Of a stretch of 64,000 bases of DNA, positions 12,100 through 25,500 are shown piece by piece (within the stretch, counting starts at the first letter, position 1; every line of letters begins with the position of its first letter). A model generated the notes under the pieces. It saw only the letters and a list, made by a program, of their open reading frames with translations. It was not told where the DNA came from and did not search any database. This DNA is from Phyllobates terribilis (lineage: Eukaryota): NCBI RefSeq assembly GCF_046119375.1, contig NW_027362767.1, positions 426,932,001 through 426,996,000 of the forward strand. Direction: 5' to 3'. A program made the position numbers and the translations under genes.

Positions 12100-13350
12100 A
12101 TTAGCGGACGCCATGTTGTGTTTGGAGAGCCCCTGTGTGCCCAAACATTGGAGCTCCCCCACAAGTGACCCCATTTTGGAAACTAGACCCCCCAAGGCAC
12201 CTATCTAGATGCATAGTGAGCACTTGGAACCCCCAGGTGCTTCACAAATTGATTCGTAAAAATGAAAAAGTGTTTTTTTTTTCACTTTTACGAATCAATT
12301 TGTGAAGCACCTAGGGGTTCCAAGTGCTCACTATGCATCTTGATAGGTGCCTTGGGGGGTCTAGTTTCCAAAATGGGGTCACTTGTGGGGAGCTCCAATG
12401 TTTGGGCACACAGGGACTCTCTAAATGCAACATGGTATCCGCTAACAAATTGAATGGAAAATCGGCTCAAATTGTTAGCGGACACCATGTTGCGTTTGGA
12501 GAGCCCCTGTGTGCCCAAACTTTGGAGCTCCCCCACAAGTGACCCCATTTTGGAAACTAGACCCCCCAAGGCACCTATCTAGATGCATAGTGAGCACTTG
12601 GAACCCCCAGGTGCTTCACAAATTGATTCGTAAAAATGAAAAAGTGAAAAAAAAAACACTTTTTCATTTTTATGAATTAATTTGTGAAGTACCTGGGGGT
12701 TCCAAGTGCTCATTATGCATCTAGATAGGTGCCTTGGGGGGTCTAGTTTCCAAAATGGGGTCACTTGTGGGGGAGCTCCAATGTTTGGGCACACAGGGAC
12801 TCTTCAAATGCAACATGGTGTCCGCTAACAAATTGTCGGCTCAAATTGTTAGCGGACACCATGTTGCGTTTGGAGAGCCCCTGTGTGCCCAAACATTGGA
12901 GCTGCCCCACAAGTGACCCCATTTTGGTAACTAGACCCCCCAAGGCACCTATCTAGATGCATAGTGAGCACTTGGAACCCCCAGGTGCTTCACAAATTGA
13001 TTCGTAAAAATGAAAAAAAAACACTTTTTCATTTTTATGAATCAATTTGTGAAGCACCTGGGGGTTCCAAGTGCTCACTATGCATCTAGATAGGTGCCTT
13101 GGGGGGTCTAGTTTCCAAAATGGGGTCACTTGTGGGGGAGCTCCAATGTTTGGGCACACAGGGGCTCTCCAAACGCAACATGGCGTCTGCTAACAATTTG
13201 AGCCGATTTTCCATTCAATTTGTTAGCGGACACCATGTCGCGTTTGGAGAGCCCGTGATGTACCTAAACAGTGGAGCTCCCCCACAAGTGACCCCATTTT
13301 GGAAACTATACCCCTCAAGGATTTTATTAAGGTGTATAGTGAACATTTTG
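12100..13350. repeat. Array of about 185-bp units in alternating orientation (F-R-F-R-F-R-F)
   Basis: GGAGAGCCCCTGTGTGCCCAAAC...GCTTCACAAATTGATTCG appears forward near 12120, 12500, 12875 and 13245, and reverse-complemented near 12290-12450, 12660-12835 and 13025-13200. Confidence 0.88.
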
Positions 13351-13411
13351 AACCCAGAGGTACGACACAGAATTTGTTTACATTAGGTCATCATATTGAA
13401 TAAGTTGTCAT

Positions 13412-13712
13412 TAGTCTTGAGCGCAAGTGCTCACTACTTGAGTTTGCATCGGGTACTCAGGTATGCACCATGTACAGTGTGTGCTCGAGTGACATGCTCG
13501 AGTCCCTGCTCCGCATGTTTCACGGTAATTAGACACCCAAAAAAAACCATGCGGGGATCGCTCGTGCATGGCAGGCAATCCCCGTAAAGTTTTTTTGGCA
13601 GCGAAGCATATGGGGCAGAGACTCGAGCATGTCACTCAAATACCCACGATACTCAATGCATACCAGAGCACCCGATGCAAACTCAAGTAGCGAGCACTTG
13701 CGCTCAACACTA
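13412..13712. mobile_element. hAT-like MITE
   Basis: TIRs TAGTCTTGAGCGCAAGTGCTC / GAGCACTTGCGCTCAACACTA; near-identical 8-bp flanks GTTGTCAT and GTCGCCAT. Confidence 0.75.
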
Positions 13713-13759
13713 GTCGCCATATCGTCATCTTTTTTTCTTACTTTTGAAAAAAATCCCAA

Positions 13760-13885
13760 CCCCATCACAACCCTAACCCCAACCCCAGCCCTAACCCTAG
13801 CACAACCCTAACCCTAGCACATCCCTAACCCTAGCACAACCCTAACCCCAAACCCAGCCCTAACCCTAGCCCAATCCTAACCCAA
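13760..13885. repeat. Degenerate telomere-like (CCCTAA/CCCTAG/CCCCAA) tract
   Basis: Runs such as CCCTAACCCTAGCACAACCCTAACC inside the 4-kb element. Confidence 0.8.
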
Positions 13886-16439
13886 GAGTTTATTTTTGAC
13901 GCCGTTCCTCGTGCGGTATAAGTGATTAGACGACTTTATTCTTCGGGTCGGTGTGATTACAGCAATACCAGAATCATATGGGGTTTTTATGACTGACAGC
14001 TGTCACACACTAAAAGACGCATTTTTTGTAAAATCTAGTTTTTGCATTGCCATATTTTGAGAGCTATAATTTTTCCAGATGTTGGCAGACAGTCATGTGA
14101 CGGCTCGTTTTTTGTGGGATGAGTTGACGTTGTTATTGGTGCCATTTTCAGGCACGTGACATTTTTTGATCGCTTTCTATTCCGATTTTTGGGAGGCAGA
14201 ATAAACAAAAACCAACAATTCAGGAATTGTTTTTTTTGTTATTTTTTTTTCTATTCCGCGTGTGGTAAAATTGATAAGGCAGCTTTATTCTTCAGATCAG
14301 TACGTTTACAGTGGTACCACATTTATATCGTTTTTCTATGATTTGCACTTTTACATAATAAAAGCAATTTTATAGAAAAAATTATTTTTTAGCATAGCTT
14401 TATTCTGAGAGCTATAACTTTTTTATTTTTCGGCTGATGGAGCTGTATGTTGGCTTGTTTTTTGCGGGACGAAATTATGTTTTCAGCGGTACCATTTTTA
14501 TTTATATTTGTCTTTTTGATTGCGTGTCATTCCATTTTTTGTTTGGCGGTATGGTGATAAAGCATTGTTTTTTGCTTCGTTTTTTTTTTTTTTTTACCGT
14601 GTTCACTGAAGGGGTTAACTAGTGGGACAGTTTTATAGGTCAGGTTGTTCCAGACGCGGCGATACCAAATATGTGTACTTTTATTGTTTTTTTTATAATA
14701 ATATTTATTAATGGGTACATTATATTTTTATTTTTGGTGGATTATTTTTTTTTAAATATTTTTGCAATTTTTTTTTTTTTTTCACTTTCTGAAAGTTTAT
14801 ATACTTTATTACTTTGTCCCACTCTGGGACTTTCACTTTTCTTTCTCTGATCGCCTGCATGGCACAGGAATGCAGCACCATCCCTGTGCTATGCAGGCTG
14901 TCAGCGCTGGACAGGGAGAAGATAGTTTGGAGATGCACTGCGCATGTCCAAACAATCTTCCTGCTGTCTGGTGACCTGGATGTTGTCATGACGACATCGG
15001 GTCGTCATGGCAACACCCGGGAAGCCTTTGCAGACAGCGCTGGAAGCCGGAAGAGGAGGTGAGTATCTGCGATCACCTCCCCTTGCCCCCACAATGCTGC
15101 GATCTACTTCGATCGCAGCATCGCGGGGGTTAATATGCTGGGAGCGGTGCAGGACCGCTCCCTGCACATAGTATCGGGTGTCAGCTGTGACAATCAGCTG
15201 ACACCCGGCGGCGATCGCGCCCGCACAGCCTGTGTGCGCGCGCGATCGCCATGACGAACTAATACGGGTCTGGCTCTTAAGTCCCAGGGCACAGACGCGT
15301 ATTAGTATGTCAAATGTTGTTAAGGGGTTAAAATCCAGATTGTTGTCCTACTGAAATGTATGTTCAGTAAATGCACTCAATACTTGGTCGGGGCTCCTTT
15401 TGCATCAACTACTGCATCAATGCGGCAATGTGGCATGGAGGCGATCAGCCTGTGGCACTGCTGAGGGGTTATGGAAGCCCAGGTGGCTTTGATAGCAGCC
15501 TTCAGCTCGTCTGCATTGTTGGGTCTCGGGTCTCTCATCTTCCTCTTGACAATACCCCATAGATTCTCTATAATAGATTCTCTATGGGGTTAAGGTCAGG
15601 CGAGTTTGCTGCCAATCAAGCACAGTGATACTGTTGTTTGTAAACCAGGTATTGGTACTTTTTGCAGTGTGGACAGGGGCCAAGTCCTGCTGGAGAATGA
15701 CATTTCCATCTCCAAAAAGCTTGTCGGCAGAGGGAAGCATGAAGTGCTCTAAAATGTCCTGGTAGACGGCTGCGCTGACTTTGGTCTTGATAAAACACAG
15801 TGGACCTACACCAGCAGATGACATGGCTCCCCAAACCATCACTGATCGTGGAGACTTCACTCTAGACCTCAAGCAGCTTGGATTGTGGCCTGTCTACTCT
15901 TCGTCTTCCTCCAGACTCTGGGACCTTGATTTCCAATTGAAATGCAACATTTACTTTGCATTTACTTAGTGTCGATGACTGCCTTCTGGACATCTGTCAA
16001 GTCAGCAGTCTTCCCCATGATTGTGGAGCCTACTGAAACAGACTAAGGGACCTTTTTAAATGCTTAAGAAGTCTTTGCAGGTGTTTTTTGCTAATTATTG
16101 TAATTTACTGAGATAATGATTTTTGTGTCTTCATTGGCTGTAAGCCATAATCATCAACATTAACAGAAATAAACACTTGAAATAGATCACTGTTTGTAAT
16201 GACTCTATATAATAGATCCCTCTGTGTGTAATGACTCTATATAATAGATCCCTCTGTTTGTAATGACTCTATATAATATATGAGTTTCACTTTTTGTATT
16301 GAAGAACTGAAATAAATTAACTTTTTGATGATATTCTAATTTAGTGAGATGCACCTGTATCTGTATATGTGGCTGTTGCGTTTATGTCAGGAGACCCAGA
16401 GCTGCTCTGTATTTGGACCGTGTATGTCGGATATGTAAA

Positions 16440-18962
<2,523 letters not shown>

Positions 18963-19059
18963 CACTGAACTCTGCGGCGCACAGCAGGGAGCGCAGGACG
19001 CCAGCTTCCTCCCGCTCATTGGTCATTACCGGTCACATGACAGGGAGACCACCGCGGGT

Positions 19060-19160
19060 GCTTCCGGGAATTGTAGTCCTGAGGCGCGCTCCCTCCGCGT
19101 GCTCTTCACTCCGCTGAACTACAACCCCCGGAAGTCGCTGCGGCGGCCGACCAATGAGGG
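19060..19160. promoter_or_regulatory. CpG-island promoter of ZNF gene 2 with two inverted ZNF143-type/ETS modules and a CCAAT box
   Basis: CTTCCGGGAATTGTAGT (19061-19077), ACTACAACCCCCGGAAGT (19118-19135) and CCAAT (19151-19155); donor AAG|GTATGG at 19200/19201. Confidence 0.75.
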
Positions 19161-21451
19161 CGCTCTTCCTGCACGTCGTCTTTATTTGTGGCAGCAGAAG
19201 GTATGGCAGCGCCTCTTACTTGTATTGTGGGCTCGTGTGTGTTCATATTTGCGGGTGCAGCGTGTATGCAGCCTGGTACTGGTGCCGTGCGTCATCTGTG
19301 CGCCATAGTGGGCGGTCATGTGGCTCACATTTAAAGGGACCGTATAGGTGTGCACTGTAGCATGCATGCTGTGTCCTGTGCCCTGTAAAGAGTGGCCAGA
19401 GGAGGCCACAGATCAGGACTGTGCATGATAAGTATCCTTACAAGTGTGTGTTATGGCCGCCGGCCGGGTGCACTTACTAATAGCGCAAAATATTAGTGTA
19501 ACGGTCACCATAGTGCACGGTACAGCACCACGGCTCATCTGTAAGGCAGCATTCACATTGTAGTGTGAGACTATGTAATTGTGTTCTGTCCGGCGGTGAG
19601 TGCAGCTCCGGAGGATGGCAGAATTATGTATTCTTCCTCCATCAATGCAGAATGTGAGGTGCAGCGGGTTCATTCACACAAGAATCTGCTGCCAGGACCT
19701 GGACACATCCTCAGATCCCTGATGATTTGCTCACTGAGCCGCGAGCAGATCTGCCCCATTCATTAGCAATTTAGATTTTAACTTCGTGCATTACAGTAAC
19801 GGGAAAGTTTCTTCCTCTCGGACTTTCCGTGGTTTAAAAAAAAAAGATCTGAAGAATTTGGTGCGTGCCGTTCATGCAAAAAGTTTAGAACTTTTTAAAT
19901 TGGCCGCCACTTTTTTAAAAAATAAATAAATGTCCTGCAATCCATTCCCAGGAATATACGGCCACTCAGACCTGGTGCAGAAGTTATTCTCTGGCCAAGG
20001 AGGTGGCAGATGTGCTCAGAGGAGGGTCTGATCCTCTGCGCGGCCGGAATCAGAGCTGGGTCCGCTATCACAACCATCTGATCGCTGTGTAACGCTGCCG
20101 CATTTCACACCGGCGGCCGCAGAGGTCTGTCCCCGTCTGCACTTTTTGGAAGCCCGTCCAGGCTGTTTTTCTTAAGATCACATACTTTTTTGTTAAATTT
20201 GGGGCCAGTAGTAAAGGGCAAAAAGTCACAAAATGCCTCTTGTGATAAATTTTGTGACTTTTGACACCAGGGGATGATAAATTCCCCCATGATCTGAAGA
20301 TATGAATTATTGCTTTACGTCATCTCTTCTACAACACTTGCTCTACTTCTCGTCTGTCCTCTGCCCACAGAGGAGGAACCTTTCTCTTTACACTAAACTC
20401 TGCAGCGATGAGAGCCGGCGCCATGATACTTATCGCTGTCATGGTTGTAGCAGTTTAGGTCGCCGTGCTGCTCTCCATCCATTCTGGTCTCCTCCAATTC
20501 CCCATGATTGAGGTCCCAGCACCTTGTGAGCTGCAGAAAGTCCAGGACTTGTTAAGTAATTAAGTGGTGGCATCCAGCACCCTGTACATACTCGCACTAT
20601 GGAGCATGGGGCAGTTATTTCTATAGACCATGCATCTACAAACATGGCGGCATTTCTGCTTCGTGACCCGTCATACATGGAGCAATAAGCCGGCCCTACA
20701 CGTGAGCGCTCTATCGGAGCCACGCCTGGATCCTGCTCCTCTGGGATTCAGATGGAAGCCCCATAACGGCATCATTACTGGGGGACACAGACGTGATGTG
20801 ACATTATTTGGAGGACGATACACCAAATTTAATAAGAGGTGCAATTGTATATACCGAAATCCAGGAGCAAAGCAAGTGATAAATTTCCCCAAAATACTAA
20901 ATGATAACAGATGATACAATCCCTAGCAGCACAGAGTATTTTTTGTAGAGTAGTGGGTTTACGATGAATGATGATCATGTAATGCCTACCTGAAGCAAAT
21001 AGTTCCTTTTCATGGCTCGTGCATCCATCCACACGAGTTCTGGGGGTGCAGATCTGTACGGGAGGGTTCAGACACTGCAGATTTGGTGCAGAAGTTTCTG
21101 CTTCCGTCCTCACAGTAATCGTTCCCTGCATTAAATCTTCCAGAAATCGGTGGAGATCGTGTGTAATTTAAACCAGAAAGCTGCAGAGAACCAGTGATAA
21201 ACCAGCTCCAGCTTAGTAGGACTGAAGTCTGGGGCCGCGCTGCAGCTTAATTTTCTGCACCTGTTGCTGGTGGGGCGAGCGGGTCGTGATCTGGTCTCCA
21301 ATAAAATGCATCAGATAGTGTCAGGTTTCCTGTGAAATCCACAGGATCACAATGGTGGAGGTGTCGTAAGATCGGACATGGCACCCGCCTATAGGATGGA
21401 GAAGGGACCAGTTGTCCAGGGATGATAATGGATCCTTTCTCTCTTTTTCAG

Positions 21452-21566
21452 GACCCATGCGACTTTTATGATTCTACAGGTTTTTTTTCTCTGACCCTGA
21501 ATGGAGTTTATTGAAAGAGGAAGAAACGAGTCTGTATAGAGAAGTGACGGATCCGGCGCTCTGTGG
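21452..21566 (+). pseudogene. KRAB-A-like exon of ZNF gene 2 with frame disruptions
   Basis: After the acceptor TTTTTCAG: DPCDFYDSTG, then, after a shift in a T8 run, FSDPEWSLLKEEETSLYREV (cf. KRAB-A FxxEEWxLLxxxQxxLYREV). It ends in phase 2 at GTGAGC, which does not fit the next KRAB-B-like exon (22488). Confidence 0.55.
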
Positions 21567-22545
21567 GTGAGCGACCTGCACCCAAGAGGGGCCTGGTATA
21601 CATCCTGCAGGGTAACTTCATACAGGGATATTTTTGGTCCGTGAGCACAAAGGACCAATAGTGGCCAATGCATTAGGACACACGACCAACACCCAACGCT
21701 GACCTAGAGTTGAGTGGAAAACATCACAGCGTGCGCTAGTGCGGTCCGTGCGGAGCAGCCGGCAGAGCTTGCACGTTCAGCGCTCTGCTGATCTGATGCA
21801 ATATAACTCGCCTTCTTTTTATAATCTGCTGGGGGTTTATGTTGGGAGGATTTCTACCTCTGATGGACGGCCCCAATATAAGCTATTTGGTGAATCGTCG
21901 CACACGCAGTACATCGGCTGCAATGTTAATTAAAAAAAATTATGAAAAGGTCGCAACTCGTATCTTACAGCAGCGCACAATTCATCAAGACTGGAGTATG
22001 AGACACCAGTCGTAGTGAATGGAGCCAAATGTGAACTGAGTAGAGTCAGCCAGCCCCCTCCATGAATAGCGCCGGCCACGTGCCGACTCTCTCCGGTGCT
22101 CTGCACTGACTCGTCCACCTTTAGGGACATTTGTTAATAGTATTTAAGTACAAGAAAAACTTTTGGCATCAGATCAACATTGAAAATGAAAGTTTATAAT
22201 AAATTCCATGTACTTATAGCTGCTCTTGCACTTTGCACAGCGAGAAATCCCGACCTGATAGTTGATCTTCCCGTCAGCGGAGTGAAGCAGTATGGCCGCT
22301 TCCCATCACAAATTGTACTCACACAAACTGTTATTGAGATTGATGCACATGTAATGTCCCTCAGTTAATCCTCCTGGACTCCTTCTCTTGATTTTAGATG
22401 ACGATTCATTTAAGAGTCCACAGTGTTTTCTTTTGCTCCCACGTCGGCCATGATGTCGCACCCTGACATTTCTCTGATTGTTACCAGGTTGCATCATTAT
22501 AAGTCCGGACATCATTGCAAAAATCGAACAAGGTGAAGAGAAGAC

Positions 22546-25500
22546 ATGGAAGAGAGAATGGAGCACGTGGAGGAGAAGCTTCGCGGAGGTCAGTAACGGG
22601 GGAGCAACAGAAGGGTTAATGTCTTTTGTAGATCGGCTGCGATCCTGGAGCAGAGACTGCGCATGGCGATGGGATGAAATCGCAAAAGGTGCAGCGAGTT
22701 CACGTCTTAGCAGGAATATGGCGACTACAGGAGCCGGGGAATCCCGTCAGCACCAGAGGCTCTCTGCTCATCACCGATCCTGAGAGCCGGCGCTCTGACG
22801 AGGCCATTGTGGACGGAGCAGCGGTCGTTCATGTGTAATACCGCTCCATTCATATGGATGGGCGCTTCAGAGCATCGGTTCTTGGTGCCCAGTGATCGGG
22901 AAGTAAACTTTCAGACTTGAGGATACCCCTTTAAATCCTTTGTTCAGCGCCACTTTCTTCCATCTACGGAGGTCAGTGGTGCTGGAGACGTCACTTTTGC
23001 ACAGCAAGGACGCATGCAGGATCAGCAGGTGTCACACTTCTGTCCTATTCATCAGAGGTGCACAGGGATGTGCAGAACCTCCCGATGCAGAGAAGGGACC
23101 GGATATCCCCTTTATGTGGTATTGAGTTCACAGGGGAGAAATCCTTTTTTTTAAGATAAATGTGATGGGTTGTTTGCATCATTATTCTCGTCAGCCGTCC
23201 GCAGGGTGATATCAGACAGATTTACTCTTTCATTTAATAATTACAATTTATGTTATTGATAAAAAAATCTCCTTTTTCAGAATCTGTAATTGTGAAGCCG
23301 GACATCGAATCCAAGATAAAAGAAGGGAAGCCGGTGATTATAACTATTCCTATAGATGAGGAGTGCAAGTCTTCAGGTGAGCAGCCAGATAGTCATGAAC
23401 ATAAAGGAGGCTTAAGATTTAGAGATCTGCAGATGAAGAACACATGGCTGGTGTAGCGCTGCAGCCCTGCCTGATATTTCCCACGTTTTGCACAGTGGTG
23501 ATCTCGGGCTGCCACCAGTGCGGAGAACTTCAGCCGCCTCATTCACTCACACAGCTCCGCGCAGCACCGTCTCGGGCAGCTGTGAATGTGACCTCTTCAT
23601 TGCCAGGATCACTGGGGTATCCAAGCTCTTCAGTGGAGTGAAGTGGGTGCCCACCTGTCTCAGTTACTTAGACTGCCCGCCCTGTATTAGCTGCAGTCGG
23701 GGCCACCTGTGATCACCCTGATATATAGGGACGTGGTCACACAGAGCCGCTCTATAGGTCTCCATTGATGGCCTGTATTACACTGTATTACTGTACATTT
23801 GTACAATCTCCTTCACTTTTCCTTCTTTTGGATCCGCAGATGTTTATGTGATTTCCGATCCTTCAGCAGTAAAGCAAGAACCCGAATGTGAGATTAACCC
23901 TTTATCACACAGCAAGTCACCGCCAGAAGGTTTGTTATATATGGCCATCCAGTCTCCTCTCTCCTACCAAGGCCTCATTCAGACCTATGTTTTTCATGTG
24001 CGTGTTTTTCACGTCTAGAACTCAGACCCATTATAATCAGCTGCTCACGTCTGTTTTTCTGTCGACTAAGTGTCCGCAAAAAAAAAAAAAATATATATAT
24101 ATATAATCAGAAACTTCTAATTTATATGTGAGTCATGGATCAGAATCGCCTGTACAGAGCTGATATAGAGTAGCGCGGTGTACGGGTCATGTGTGATCGG
24201 CAATGTCTGCCTTTGCAGAAGTCGTGCTCACCAGGCGGTCGTTTCTGAACCCAAGACATGTGAGGTCTCCTTAGACACTTTTGCGTGCGTCTCCATTGCT
24301 GGCCAGTATCCTCTACATGTAAATTAATCCTAAAAAGAAGTGTTACAGGACGCCATAATCCTCGTTACATACTACGGATGTTCAGTGGAGAACTGCACCG
24401 AATAAACAACGTATCTGATGTCACTTAGTGGAGGTCACAAGGAACAAGATCTCATACAACCTATACCGAGCAGCGGATTTCATCATCATCATCATCATCA
24501 TCTCGTAAATAAACCTTCACAGAGATTTCTTATCTCAGGTTTTCTAATATTCAGAACCACCAAGTAAATACTAGAAAATCTCAAAAAATTAGGATCCCCT
24601 CCAAGGCCTGATCAGTCAGTCTGCTCTTTTTATTGGAAGGCTTAATAAAAAAGAAAAAAACTAAAATTTCTCTTCGAGAATGTAATGATGCCACTGGCTG
24701 TGCCCGAGAGAAGCTGCCGGCTGAACGTAACCAGCCCTGACCTATAAATGGTCGCTTTGGCTTCAACAAACTTTGTAGAAATTAATAGTACAAGTGAATA
24801 TAAGAAACTTTGTAATAAATCTTATAAGAGAAACCTGCTTCTTTCTCTGCTTACGAGCCACTGCTTCCCCCTCTACCCGCGGTCTCCTGAACTCATCATT
24901 CACTCTATAAAATAGCCAAAAATGTGGTGAGAACAAAACCCGACCAGCTGCGTGTATAAGAGAGGAAGAGAGGTTAAAAAGCAGAGATTGTGTAGCTGCT
25001 TTCTAGTAAGTAATTTATCTCATTGCAGCACTGGATTCACAGCTACACTGCTCAGTAACGCTGTGTAATGTCCTCTGTGCTGCTCTCTTTCAAGTAATTT
25101 CTCTCCCCAGTGCTGGATTCGCAGCCACATTGCTTAGTAATGCTGTATAATGTCCTCCATGATGCTGCTGCTGCTTTTGGACATGTGCTTCATAAAGACA
25201 GTAGAGCAGGAATCCCTCATGTCTGTGTGTGGTGGGTATGGGAGACTTAAAGGGGTAATCCCATCTCCAAGATCCCATCCCTATATGTAGTAGGTATAAT
25301 AATAATAATATTAGTAAATATCTTCAATTAGAAATGTAGTATAGTTCTCCTGATTCGCTAGTGGTCGTAACCATGGATACCTAAGGTCCTGCACATGAGG
25401 AAAGATACTTAGCGAATCAGAAAAACTATACTACATTTCTAATTGGAGGTATTTGCTAATATTATTATTATTACTCCCACTACATATTGGAATAGGATCT

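Larger units (their letters stand above)
11276..15327. mobile_element. Non-autonomous TTAA-flanked (piggyBac-like) element of about 4 kb nested in Tc1
   Basis: TTAA|CCTCTTAAG at 11272 and TTAAGGGG|TTAA at 15328. The uninterrupted host sequence is visible in the Tc1 paralog near 39580-39610. Confidence 0.8.
10532..16357 (-). mobile_element. Tc1 transposon, family B, defective and interrupted by a 4-kb insertion
   Basis: TA|CAGGTGCATCTCAC ... GTGAGATGCACCTG|TA. Transposase remnants (VMVWGAMSSAGVGPLCF) at 15580-15870. Paralog at 38930-42555. Confidence 0.88.

Noticed and set aside
11898-13386. Many 60-95-aa ORFs on both strands
   Set aside because: They are by-products of the alternating 185-bp repeat array.
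20600-22460. Coding-like minus-strand stretches within ZNF gene 2 introns
   Set aside because: Short interrupted frames with no motif I recognise. A 13-mer shared with about 18480 is expected by chance.
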